Below are positions 28,661 through 37,757 of a stretch of 64,000 nt of DNA, one piece after another; position 1 is the first letter of the stretch; each line of letters starts with the position of its first letter. Under the pieces are notes generated by a model, which ran no database searches, had not been told where the DNA came from, and saw nothing but the letters and a program-made list of their open reading frames with translations. The position numbers were made by a program, and so were the translations under genes. Source of the DNA: an uncultured Gammaproteobacteria bacterium. Lineage in GTDB: Bacteria; Patescibacteriota; Microgenomatia; Levybacterales; UBA12049. The DNA lies in contig OZ246394.1 of the NCBI GenBank assembly GCA_965230895.1, positions 633,316-697,315 on the forward strand, read 5' to 3'.

Positions 28661-29305
28661 TTATAAACTTTGGATCAACTCAATATTTACATCCTTCAAT
28701 GAAGAAACAAGTTTTGTTGCAGGATAATCCTTACTCGTATCCTCCACTAATCCGATAGAATGCATATGTGCTGCTGCTGCACCAATCATGCCACTCCTGC
28801 CGTCTTCAATAACGATAGCTTCTTCTGGCATCACTCCTAATTTTTTAGCAGCGAAAAGAAAAATGTCCGGCGCAGGCTTACCATGTTCTACATCATATGT
28901 TGAAACAATAGCATCAAAGTATTTTCTAATTGCGAGTTCATCCACAACTTCATCAATAAAAGCTTTCGTTGATGCGGATGCTATTGCGAGTCTGAATCCG
29001 TTTGCATGTAACTCATGAATCAATGCAATAGCGTGTGGAATGGCTGTGAGTTTACCTTTTGAAACTTGACGCATAAATTCCCATTTCTTTTTAAGAAGCG
29101 CTGGAATTGAACCAACCGCTACTCCATGCTTGTCAAAAATCTCTGCAAACATTTTTTCATCTGTAACCCCGGCATAAGTATTAGAAATTTCTCTTGGAGC
29201 CATTTCAATTCCATACTCTTTCAGAAGCATACTCTCTATCTCACCATGGAACCCCTGAGTATCAGATACAACCCCATCCATATCAAAAATCACAGCTTTT
29301 ATCAT
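28661..29305 (-). CDS. HAD family phosphatase (beta-PGM-like)
   Basis: FDMDGV, ASAS, GKPAPDIF, IEDG. Confidence 0.92.
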   Translation of the reverse strand: MIKAVIFDMDGVVSDTQGFHGEIESMLLKEYGIEMAPREISNTYAGVTDEKMFAEIFDKHGVAVGSIPALLKKKWEFMRQVSKGKLTAIPHAIALIHELHANGFRLAIASASTKAFIDEVVDELAIRKYFDAIVSTYDVEHGKPAPDIFLFAAKKLGVMPEEAIVIEDGRSGMIGAAAAHMHSIGLVEDTSKDYPATKLVSSLKDVNIELIQSL

Positions 29306-29329
29306 GAGCTGATTATAACAAAGAGAACT

Positions 29330-29857
29330 CTAAAGGGATGCGACAGAAGTACTTTGGTTTATATTTATAGATTGAGATATAAGTTGTGATATATGATTCT
29401 GTTGATATGTTTGTGCAACTGCAACATGAAGCATTGGGATCTCTGCATCTTTGAATACATTATCCACTAAAATGTCTCTGAGAGATCTGCTGTTCTCGTT
29501 ATGACTTCCCCCATCCAGTTCAACAATAAGCAGTGGCGCAAATGTTGCTTTATTGCAGATGACAAAGTCCACATGTTTTTGGGAGATTTGATTGAACTTC
29601 GGCCAAAATTCTTTATCCGTCCTATCAATCGCCATCTCAACCAAATCAGCAATCCTGACCTTAGGACATACATACATGTCTGGTGTCACAGAATGCTCAA
29701 GAACATCAAAGAATCTCTTCTCCCCATCACTTAGTAAGTACGGCCCTTTCTTCTTATATACCCTCCTCCATTTCTTTTGGGAACGGAAGTAAATGAATGC
29801 GCTAAGCACAAGTAGTATTAATATAGAGCCTGCGATATACAGAATATTATTCTCCAT
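29330..29857 (-). CDS. DUF2726 family protein (paralog of 16312-16833)
   Basis: KKWRRVYKKKG, LLSDGEKRFF, PKVRIADL, KHVDFVIC, IVELDGGSH. Confidence 0.85.
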   Translation of the reverse strand: MENNILYIAGSILILLVLSAFIYFRSQKKWRRVYKKKGPYLLSDGEKRFFDVLEHSVTPDMYVCPKVRIADLVEMAIDRTDKEFWPKFNQISQKHVDFVICNKATFAPLLIVELDGGSHNENSRSLRDILVDNVFKDAEIPMLHVAVAQTYQQNHISQLISQSININQSTSVASL

Positions 29858-29926
29858 GAAGTAATTGTATACCAGTGAAATGCGAATGAATACTTTAAAA
29901 TTTATTCTGGGAATGAAAGAGGCACT

Positions 29927-30055
29927 TTATTTAACTGCTGCATCAATCGCTTTATTAACTATAATAGTTAAAGTTCTAATGACTTCCTCAACTTCAGAAT
30001 CAGATAACCGTTCTCCACGTTTGCCTAGTTTTTTTCTTGCTTGTTCTACAGTCAT
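29927..30055 (-). CDS. Small 42-aa hypothetical protein (below the ORF-track cutoff)
   Basis: Manual translation gives MTVEQARKKLGKRGERLSDSEVEEVIRTLTIIVNKAIDAAVK; same strand as its neighbours. Confidence 0.5.
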   Translation of the reverse strand: MTVEQARKKLGKRGERLSDSEVEEVIRTLTIIVNKAIDAAVK

Positions 30056-30127
30056 TTTAAGAAGCTTTCATTAGTAACATCAGTACATTCTATCAAGAAT
30101 CCGTAGAAATCATGAGTGATATTATGA

Positions 30128-31387
30128 TTACACCCAGCGTGATCTGTCATAGAAGTGTTCAATTATATGTTTACGTAGTGATTCTGAATTGAAGTTTTTG
30201 AACCCCAAGTCCCAACAAATTGTAGAAGAAAGAGCTACAAAAAAATTTAATAACTCATCCTTATCTAGCAAGACTCGAGTATCCGTATTAATTTCCCAAT
30301 AGTATCGAGATAGCAGTATATCTACACTACCATGATAGCCGCCATCTTCCCCAGGAAATAGTGTTACACCTTGAGCTCCACTTAATTCGACTTTACCTTT
30401 TACTACACCTTGATATTCATACCGCTTGTAAAAGTTGTGTGCTGCCTGAAATATTACGAAAATCTTGCCAAGAACATAATGCATATTCATCTGCTCTCTA
30501 TTGTCATTACCTATGTTCTTTAATGTTGATATATAAAAAAGTAACCCTTGAGCATAAATTTGTTCGTTAGTAAAAGTATTTCCATTGCGATCATAATTAA
30601 ATGTTGTTATTCCTTCGGGAATTGCTTTGTGTTCTGTATGTGGAAAGTCTGTATAAGTATGACCTGTACTTCGATATTCAATTATTTCTTCTGACAAATT
30701 ACTAGGGAGTACCAATTGATTATGGGGATAATGAGGTATTATCGAAACTGACAGTAATCTTTTTGGTGTTGAGAAGTGTTCACGATACACATATTCATTA
30801 CCCGCGCGAGTTGTTGCAATACTTATTTGTTTATTTGCAAGATATAAACAAGCATCTAATACATCTTTTGCTCTTGCATAATAATATTCTCTTTTTTCAT
30901 TGGATTGTTCAGTTTTCTTATAAAGTAGATTTGCATAATCTGGTGAAGCAATATCTATAAGTTCTTTACTTATATTATTTGTCCTTATCCAAACTGTTCC
31001 ATTATTGTGTATATAATATGGCGTTTCGTCTCCCTCAAATATACGTATTAGAATGAATCTTTTTCCGTCTTTCTCATTTGTTGGATGTATCTTGTATTTA
31101 GGAAGAGAATCAACACTATTAGCCCATTGTGTTATTCTTTCAATATCTTGAGCATTTGTATTTATTCCTTTGTATTCAATTGGCAATCCTGTTTTTTTAT
31201 CTTCTTTAACCCCTATTATTATGACTCCCCCACGAGTATTGGAAAAAGCTGCAAAATGTTTCGACAAGCTTCCGGTAGTTAAATCTTCTTTATAATCAAG
31301 TTGGACACCTTCAGGTTCATTTGTTTTACAAAAAGCCACTACATCTTCAAATGTAAATGAGGTTATTGGTTGAGTGAGTAATTTCAT
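30128..31387 (-). CDS. Schlafen/AlbA_2-domain protein with an uncharacterised C-terminal domain
   Basis: EGVQLDYKE...AAFSNTRGGVIIIGVKE...PYY.....WIR. Confidence 0.85.
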   Translation of the reverse strand: MKLLTQPITSFTFEDVVAFCKTNEPEGVQLDYKEDLTTGSLSKHFAAFSNTRGGVIIIGVKEDKKTGLPIEYKGINTNAQDIERITQWANSVDSLPKYKIHPTNEKDGKRFILIRIFEGDETPYYIHNNGTVWIRTNNISKELIDIASPDYANLLYKKTEQSNEKREYYYARAKDVLDACLYLANKQISIATTRAGNEYVYREHFSTPKRLLSVSIIPHYPHNQLVLPSNLSEEIIEYRSTGHTYTDFPHTEHKAIPEGITTFNYDRNGNTFTNEQIYAQGLLFYISTLKNIGNDNREQMNMHYVLGKIFVIFQAAHNFYKRYEYQGVVKGKVELSGAQGVTLFPGEDGGYHGSVDILLSRYYWEINTDTRVLLDKDELLNFFVALSSTICWDLGFKNFNSESLRKHIIEHFYDRSRWV

Positions 31388-31442
31388 TCCAAATGCATTA
31401 TATAGAATTTAGTTGCTACTGCTGTAAGAAAGTAGAAAATTG

Positions 31443-32213
31443 TTATAAATCTTCGGGCGTAATATCTCTTATCTCTATTTGCATTCCGTATGGCTTAATT
31501 AGATCATTTATAAGTTTCGTAGTCGCTTTTGCATCTTTCACAAACAAATCCATATCAATTTGTGCTTCTTTGATCCCAACCATTAACTTTTCATCAATCA
31601 TTTTTTTCATAAATGCTACTGTTGCGTTAGGTGGTGGTGTTTCGAGCATATGGTAAAACTTAGCAACTGTACTTAATCTTTCTAGCATTGAATCCTGTTT
31701 TTGATATGTGGTTCTGATACTCGTTACTAATTGCTGGTTATTATCTGGGAGGTTAGCAATCATTCCTGATGTAACAATATTTTGATGCCACTTATCTGAG
31801 ATACGAGCCTTCATCTCTTCAGCGACTGCTGCCCACATTCCACCATCTGCATACTTCTTACTCCATTCATCAGGAGGAATAGGCATTTCTTCGAGAGTTT
31901 TTTTATTTACCTCGAGAATCATCTGGATCTTAATTACATTATCTAGTATTTCGTTTCCAACATATTGAGCAACTGCCAGCGCGGATCTTTTATCCTGACT
32001 CAGTTGCCTCTTTCTATCTGCTTCTCTTGACGCAAATAATGGAAGCGTTATTGTAATAAGACCAATTAATAGACCAGCAAGCGATTCAAAGACAAAAGTT
32101 GCAGTGAACTGAATATCTAAAGACGATCCATAAAATCTCACGACGAATAGCAGAGTAAAATATGCTGTTATTAACAACATCGGCAGGTGTTTATATTCAA
32201 ACAATCTCAACAT
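31443..32213 (-). CDS. Hypothetical protein with two N-terminal TM helices
   Basis: Two hydrophobic segments followed by a helical soluble domain. Confidence 0.65.
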   Translation of the reverse strand: MLRLFEYKHLPMLLITAYFTLLFVVRFYGSSLDIQFTATFVFESLAGLLIGLITITLPLFASREADRKRQLSQDKRSALAVAQYVGNEILDNVIKIQMILEVNKKTLEEMPIPPDEWSKKYADGGMWAAVAEEMKARISDKWHQNIVTSGMIANLPDNNQQLVTSIRTTYQKQDSMLERLSTVAKFYHMLETPPPNATVAFMKKMIDEKLMVGIKEAQIDMDLFVKDAKATTKLINDLIKPYGMQIEIRDITPEDL

Positions 32214-32280
32214 TAGAGGAGATTTTAGCAGAAGCTCTAACCTATTGCTACATGCGATTTAATAACTTGTATTCTTTGGT

Positions 32281-32304
32281 CTGGACAGAATTAATTCTGT
32301 CCAG
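32281..32304. other. Perfect 24-bp palindrome (terminator or operator)
   Basis: CTGGACAGAATT-AATTCTGTCCAG, just downstream of the DUF4352 gene. Confidence 0.5.
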
Positions 32305-32320
32305 TGTCGAAAAAGACAAA

Positions 32321-32956
32321 TTACTCATTTCCTAAATCAACAACAACTCTCTGATTACTCCAAAAACTTGGTTGAAAGATCAAAGTTGCTTTATCTCCAG
32401 TTGCGACTTCAAAAGGTATTGATCCCGTTACCTTTCCTCCACCTGCTAAAGTTCCAGATTTTAGTTGGTCTTCAATTGAAGTTATTGTGTAACTTTCTTG
32501 AGCACCGTTTGCATCCTGAACTTTAAAATCAAATGGATTATAAGTTATCTCGTCACTACCAAGATTTTTGATAGTTACATTGACGATGACATATTCCTTC
32601 CCCGCCGTGGGAGTGTTATATCCAAAAGCACCAGATCTTCGGACTGAATTAACAATAAATTCTCTTTCGCCTAGTTTAGTTACATCACCAACTTTTGGCG
32701 TTGCATCCTTCTGATCCTCATCTTGAATACCAGAGTTTGCCTGTGTGGTGCTATTTGTTGCACCTGATGTTGAATTATTACTCGTATTGCCACCAAAGGC
32801 TGAAATAACACTTCCAAGCAAAATAAGCCCCAATGTAACACTTAAGATTGGATGTCTCTTAATCCACCCTCTCTGATCTGCGCGACAATGTCGGCACTTC
32901 GATGCCTTTGCATCAATTTCTGTTTGACATGATTTACACTTTTTTATACAAATCAC
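32321..32956 (-). CDS. Zn-ribbon + TM + DUF4352 protein (start uncertain)
   Basis: KKCKSC..CRHC, TM helix, GKEYVIVNVTIKN..YNPFDFKVQD..SGTLAGGGKVTGSIPFEV. Confidence 0.82.
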   Translation of the reverse strand: MICIKKCKSCQTEIDAKASKCRHCRADQRGWIKRHPILSVTLGLILLGSVISAFGGNTSNNSTSGATNSTTQANSGIQDEDQKDATPKVGDVTKLGEREFIVNSVRRSGAFGYNTPTAGKEYVIVNVTIKNLGSDEITYNPFDFKVQDANGAQESYTITSIEDQLKSGTLAGGGKVTGSIPFEVATGDKATLIFQPSFWSNQRVVVDLGNE

Positions 32957-32974
32957 CCCCTCTGGCCATAAACC

Positions 32975-33035
32975 CTAACAAATAGTTAGAGAATATCTAC
33001 GCCTAATTGTACCACAAACTCAAACAAATAGTTTG
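32975..33035. promoter_or_regulatory. Two palindromic operator candidates (AAC-AAATA-GTT) between the divergent DUF4352 and XRE genes
   Basis: CTAACAAATAGTTAG at 32975-32989 and CAAACAAATAGTTTG at 33021-33035. Confidence 0.55.
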
Positions 33036-33070
33036 TATCGCAGATCGTGCTTCATTTCGATAATAGAGAC

Positions 33071-33286
33071 ATGAGAAGGTACTCACGTATTCCAAAAAGT
33101 CTTGGAAAAAGAATGCAGAAGTTTAGAAAGGATAAAAACATATCTCAAGTCAAAATGGCAGAGTTGATTGGTGTTAGTCCGACATATGTTGGATTTATTG
33201 AACAAGGCGTAAGAAATCCGTCATTAGCAACTTTAGACAAAATTGCGAGAGTACTAGGAGTAAAAATGTCAGAAATACTTGATTAA
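33071..33286 (+). CDS. XRE/Cro-C1 HTH regulator
   Basis: LGKRMQKFRKDKNISQVKMAELIGVSPTYVGFIEQGVRNPSLATLDKIARVL; start at 33071 chosen from the -10 spacing. Confidence 0.88.
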   Translation: MRRYSRIPKSLGKRMQKFRKDKNISQVKMAELIGVSPTYVGFIEQGVRNPSLATLDKIARVLGVKMSEILD

Positions 33287-33404
33287 TTGCTCCACTTGCT
33301 ACTGCTTTTCAAAGTTATAATATAAACGAACGTATTTTTTATAGCTTTAATTAATCAAAAGTCATTGTATAAATTATAATAAATGTTATAATTTAAGTGC
33401 AATA

Positions 33405-34043
33405 ATGACGTTATCATCTAACTCTGCACTATCTGCCCCTAAAACAACCGCATATCTCCGAGTATCTACCATCGATCAGGATCTGGAGAAAAACAAAGCA
33501 GACATTCTAAAGCTTGCAAACACGCTTGAGTTAGGACATGTGCAGTTTATCGAAGAGAAAGTGTCCGGGAAAGTATCTTGGAAAAAACGAAAAGTAAAAG
33601 ACGTAATTGATAATGCTAAAAAAGATGACAATATTATTGTTTCTGAACTGTCGAGATTAGGGAGAAGCATGCTTGAGTGCATGGAAATACTTTCGATTGC
33701 TGCAGAAAAAGGAATTAATGTTTATGCCGTAAAGGGGAACTGGCGTTTAGATAGCAGTATCCAAAGTAAAATCATTGCAATGGCATTTGCCATGGCCGCC
33801 GAAATAGAGCGTGATTTAATCTCAAAACGTACTATGGAAGCTTTACGAGCAAAAAAGCTGTCTGGCGCGAAACTGGGGCGTCCTAAAGGCATTGGGAAAA
33901 GCAAGTTGGATCAGTTTAAACCTGAAATTGAAGGATTACTAGCAAATGGTTCCTCCCAAAAATTTATCGCAAGAAGATATGGAACAACGGAAGCAAATTT
34001 ATCATTATGGATCAAGAAGCATAAAATCACAAAACAAGATTAG
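33405..34043 (+). CDS. Small serine recombinase (resolvase/invertase)
   Basis: AYLRVST, EEKVSG, ELSRLGRS, AEIERDLISKRT, LGRPKG, C-terminal HTH. Confidence 0.93.
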   Translation: MTLSSNSALSAPKTTAYLRVSTIDQDLEKNKADILKLANTLELGHVQFIEEKVSGKVSWKKRKVKDVIDNAKKDDNIIVSELSRLGRSMLECMEILSIAAEKGINVYAVKGNWRLDSSIQSKIIAMAFAMAAEIERDLISKRTMEALRAKKLSGAKLGRPKGIGKSKLDQFKPEIEGLLANGSSQKFIARRYGTTEANLSLWIKKHKITKQD

Positions 34044-34079
34044 CCTTCTTCTATCTCTATTATATGATATATTCGAGAT

Positions 34080-34262
34080 ATGAGAGGGAGACCAATTGGT
34101 TCACAAAAACGTTTTAATATCACCTACCAGTCAATGGCGGATGCAACAGGCCTAAGTATCAATTCCTTCATCAAATACGCTAGTTTAAAAAAGTTTGATC
34201 CAAATGATTTGATAAGCATTGTAAAATTTGTTTCAGAATACCGTAAAAGAAAGAATACGTGA
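34080..34262 (+). CDS. Small DNA-binding protein (AT-hook/HTH-like)
   Basis: MRGRP start and ITYQSMADATGLSINS. Confidence 0.5.
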   Translation: MRGRPIGSQKRFNITYQSMADATGLSINSFIKYASLKKFDPNDLISIVKFVSEYRKRKNT

Positions 34263-34263
34263 G

Positions 34264-34857
34264 TTATTGCAACAATTGTGAGGAAATAAGTATCTTTTGT
34301 CTTTCAGCCTCTAAGTATTCTTCAGGAACAAATAAAGGAATGCCGATTCTACGACCTTTATTGTCAAACGATTTTTTGCGAGGATAGCCTAGTTTTTTAT
34401 CATGTGCTCTATGGCATTCATAACATCTTCCTATGTAGTCCTCCAAAGCATATAAATACATTCCACTTTGATTAGACCAACCTAATCTATTTCCATCAGT
34501 ACTTCCACAGTCTACGCAGCGTTTTGCTTTGCCTTTGTGATAGTTTACATAATGGTGCAATGCATTATATGAAGCCATAATGCCTTTGTAGTTGTGATTA
34601 TTTTCACCCGAGTTCTTAATATAGACATCCATACTCCATGCAGTGTCCTTACCTCTCTTTTGATAAAGTTTGCTACAATCTGGATGAAAGTTGCCATATT
34701 TTTTGATTTTGCTAGGACGAACGTATAGTTCTTGTTGGCACTCTCCACAGAGAATATATTTCCCAGTCTTTTTCCTACCCCCTTTGGAGGCACCTTTAAT
34801 CCCTTTATTCCATGGAACTCGGCCAACATTGATTTTGTGCCCTTTTTCAAATCTCAT
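34264..34857 (-). CDS. Phage-type NUMOD/HNH-like endonuclease
   Basis: FEKGH..PWNKG NUMOD-like start, GENNHNYKG..SYNALH, CxxC, WSN and CYECH motifs. Confidence 0.7.
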   Translation of the reverse strand: MRFEKGHKINVGRVPWNKGIKGASKGGRKKTGKYILCGECQQELYVRPSKIKKYGNFHPDCSKLYQKRGKDTAWSMDVYIKNSGENNHNYKGIMASYNALHHYVNYHKGKAKRCVDCGSTDGNRLGWSNQSGMYLYALEDYIGRCYECHRAHDKKLGYPRKKSFDNKGRRIGIPLFVPEEYLEAERQKILISSQLLQ

Positions 34858-34926
34858 GGTGTTATTGTAATAGGCGTTTGATTATCTGTCGATATGGTAT
34901 AGTAATCTCATAGTATATTAGGGTTT

Positions 34927-35396
34927 CTACGGATTTGTTGTGCTTACAGCCATACTCTGTCGATCACCAATGATATACATTGACCAGTCTCCGAAGTACA
35001 ATTCACTTTGTGGTAAATCATTTTGTTCGTAGAATGGATATCCGTAGAGTGTGTTAGGAAGTCGTACAGTTTCACCATTGTTGGCTTTACTTGAACCTCC
35101 ATCTCTCCAGATGTAATCTCCGTCGCCGTCTTTCATCTTTCGGAAAGCTCGCTTTGCATTACGGTGTCCCACGAAAGCCGCCTTTGGAGATCCAGTTACC
35201 CGTGAAGGTACTGCATCAATAAGGTCGATCAAGTCATCAAAATCAGCGTTCCCTCCGGCATTGATGCTATTAAGTGATTCAATAGCGATACCTCGTGGTT
35301 GTCCTGATCCTGATCCTGTGAAGAATGCTTTATCTTCAGCCAATCCGATTGCTTCCGCGAACAATTCTATAATGAACTGAACGAGGTTGATGTTAG
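34927..35396 (-). pseudogene. HK97-type major capsid protein fragment (truncated at both ends)
   Basis: NINLVQFIIELFAEAIGLAEDKAFFTGSGSGQPRGI...KMKDGDGDYIW...TLYGYP...YFGDWSMYIIGDR. Confidence 0.82.
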
Positions 35397-35410
35397 TACA
35401 ATGGAAGAGT

Positions 35411-36118
35411 TTATCGGATCGAAGAAAGTTGATCTATGTATATTTCGACATCGGACTCTTCACGGATAAGCCTACGTAAAAAATTAACTACTTCAAGGTA
35501 ATTTTGCATATCCAAGTACATGTGCGTATCCAAATGAAGTGTCAGATAAACTACCCTTTTGATTGTGTTATTCTGCGGTAAATAATTCACAAGCTGATCT
35601 TTTGCAGAAGCAATCGTGTCTTCTATCTTATCTTTCAGACCTTGGGGCATACCTTGTGTAACGCTGCGGGTTTCCAAAGTTTGTCCAGTACCAAGCCGTC
35701 GAGTATTTTCTAGAATGTAGTTACGCTCGTCATCAGAGAAGCCAATGCTTTTCGACTCAAGCAAACAGCCGGGAGCAGGAGTTGTTGCTTCAATATCAGG
35801 TGTTCGTGCATTATTAACTTCTGGAATAAAGCGAACATTTGTATACCCCTCGCCAAGCAGGTAACCATATCCGCGAACTTCCGCCAGAGTATCATAAAAT
35901 TGCGCCCATCCACGAACAGGATGTTTAATTGTTCTTTGTAGAAGTCGTTCCTTTACATACTCCCATTTCGGGGCGTCCAATTTTTGCAGAGCCTCCTCAT
36001 AAGGTTCAAAATTTTGTGGTACCTGCTGCAATGCATTCGGGAGATGGCGCCGTATATCGTTTTGGGGTGTTTGTGCATCTGCCGTGGAACAAAATTCATT
36101 TAATCTTTGGAAATCCAT
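35411..36118 (-). CDS. Hypothetical protein with a PD-(D/E)xK-like motif
   Basis: LAEV...RTPDIEA...LLESKSI...AKDQL. Confidence 0.6.
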   Translation of the reverse strand: MDFQRLNEFCSTADAQTPQNDIRRHLPNALQQVPQNFEPYEEALQKLDAPKWEYVKERLLQRTIKHPVRGWAQFYDTLAEVRGYGYLLGEGYTNVRFIPEVNNARTPDIEATTPAPGCLLESKSIGFSDDERNYILENTRRLGTGQTLETRSVTQGMPQGLKDKIEDTIASAKDQLVNYLPQNNTIKRVVYLTLHLDTHMYLDMQNYLEVVNFLRRLIREESDVEIYIDQLSSIR

Positions 36119-36190
36119 AATGCCTATTGTACCACAATTCATGCCTGCTACAGATCAACATAGTCTAATCAAATCTGATAAAATATATTA

Positions 36191-37027
36191 ATGGCACTTC
36201 CTAAATTTGATGATCTTTATACGCCACTCATGCAGGCACTACAACAACTAGGTGGTTCAGGTTCGACAACAGAAATTGAAGAGAAAGTAGCAGAGGTACT
36301 GAACTTATCAGAGGAAGAAATAAATGAAATACACACTGGCAATAGGACAGAGCTTGATTATCGACTCGCATGGGCAAGAACGTATCTTAAATATTACGGA
36401 TTGATTGAAAATTCATCAAAAGGAATATGGTCACTTACCTCAAAAGGGAAAGATATTACAGCCATTGATAAAGACGTCATCAATAAATTTGTTCGACAAC
36501 GAAAGGATGGACTAAAGGCATTACAGCAAAAAAAAGATATAACAGCAGATACAGAAGAGAGCCTCGAATTATGGAAAGATGAATTATTAAACGAGATCAA
36601 ACAAAAAAGTCCAGAAGCATTTGAAAGGCTTTGCCAAAGGATACTTCGTGAGGCAGGTTTTATTCAAGTAACTGTTACTGGAAGATCAGGAGATGGCGGC
36701 ATTGATGGCACAGGTATTGTCAGGATCGGTGGTTTTCTTAGCTTTAGGGTTATCTTCCAATGCAAACGTTATCAAGGAAGTGTGTCTTCTCAACAGATAC
36801 GGGAGTTTAAAGGAACTATGGTCGGAAGAGCTGACAAAGGATTGTTCATGACAACAGGCACATTTACCAGAGATGCAAAATTGGAAGCATCCCGTGATGG
36901 TGCACCACCAGTTGATTTAGTTGATGGTGAGTTGCTAGCAGAAAAGATGAAAGAATTAAGATTGGGAGTAAACGTGACGACCAAAGAGGTAGTTTCAGTG
37001 AATAAAGAATGGTTAAAAAACTTCTAA
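36191..37027 (+). CDS. mrr: Mrr family (type IV) restriction endonuclease
   Basis: Mrr_N (RLAWARTYLK..GLIE...GIWSLT) and Mrr_cat (FERLC, TGRSGDGGIDG, QCKRY, KGLFMTTG, LVDG). Confidence 0.93.
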   Translation: MALPKFDDLYTPLMQALQQLGGSGSTTEIEEKVAEVLNLSEEEINEIHTGNRTELDYRLAWARTYLKYYGLIENSSKGIWSLTSKGKDITAIDKDVINKFVRQRKDGLKALQQKKDITADTEESLELWKDELLNEIKQKSPEAFERLCQRILREAGFIQVTVTGRSGDGGIDGTGIVRIGGFLSFRVIFQCKRYQGSVSSQQIREFKGTMVGRADKGLFMTTGTFTRDAKLEASRDGAPPVDLVDGELLAEKMKELRLGVNVTTKEVVSVNKEWLKNF

Positions 37028-37644
37028 ACTGTATATTTTAAGACACCTTTTACTTCTCCCTCTATATGAAAATTTCTATCCGCGGTAAATGCAGGTTGCT
37101 CAGGATTGATTGAGATTAAATTATAAGTAACATCATTGGGAGACTTATAAATTTTTTGTATTTTTTTTATGAGTACTTCACCGTTATTGACACAGACGGC
37201 TATCTGGTTATTGTCAACATCAGATGCTTTTTTAGCAATTACTAAATCACCCGAATTTATACGAGGCTTCATAGATGTTCCTCTTGCCTTTACAATAAAT
37301 GCTTGAGCAGCAGGAAAGCTAAGTAACCGTGATGAAACAGGGATGCGATCTATTGGATTACCGTCTAAAACCCCTCCATTGGGTCCACATTGTGCCATAC
37401 CATATAGATTTAAGTATGTAATCTGTTTATCCGGGCTATCAGCAAGGATTTGGTAATCCTTAGGATTGTTGGGGTTACGTTTCAAGTAACCTTTTCTTTC
37501 CAGTTGTATCAAATGGTGTTGTACAACGCTTGGCGATTTTGCATCAATAGCATCCATAAGCTCACGGATTGATAAAGGTTCATTTTGGTTATCGCGCAAT
37601 AAATTTATTAATTTTTGTTGTGCTGGATGGGGTAAATCGTTCAT
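37024..37644 (-). CDS. LexA-like S24 autopeptidase repressor (island-encoded; likely start at 37644)
   Basis: LSIRELM..KSPSVVQHHLIQLERKGYLKR wHTH, AQCG cleavage site, GTSM Ser, LIKK Lys. Confidence 0.88.
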   Translation of the reverse strand: MNDLPHPAQQKLINLLRDNQNEPLSIRELMDAIDAKSPSVVQHHLIQLERKGYLKRNPNNPKDYQILADSPDKQITYLNLYGMAQCGPNGGVLDGNPIDRIPVSSRLLSFPAAQAFIVKARGTSMKPRINSGDLVIAKKASDVDNNQIAVCVNNGEVLIKKIQKIYKSPNDVTYNLISINPEQPAFTADRNFHIEGEVKGVLKYTV

Positions 37645-37695
37645 ACCTTCTTTAATTCTAAGAAGATATGAATAGAAAGTCAAGAACACCTTGCT

Positions 37696-37718
37696 CTGTA
37701 CTATATTTTATGGTACAG
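37696..37718. promoter_or_regulatory. Imperfect palindrome in the divergent promoter, candidate operator
   Basis: CTGTACTATA-ttt-TATGGTACAG, 9 of 10 positions matching between arms. Confidence 0.45.
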
Positions 37719-37757
37719 TGATATTGTTTGTTTTATCCTATCGAACATGAATAAACA

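Noticed and set aside
29865-30074. 69-aa ORF on the plus strand
   Set aside because: It is antisense to a more plausible 42-aa minus-strand ORF.
33315-33400. res/inversion site for the serine recombinase (TATAAACGAACGTATTTT)
   Set aside because: No convincing second or inverted copy was found, so no invertible segment can be claimed.
34264-34930. Group I intron with a homing endonuclease interrupting the capsid gene
   Set aside because: No downstream capsid exon or intron core was recognisable.
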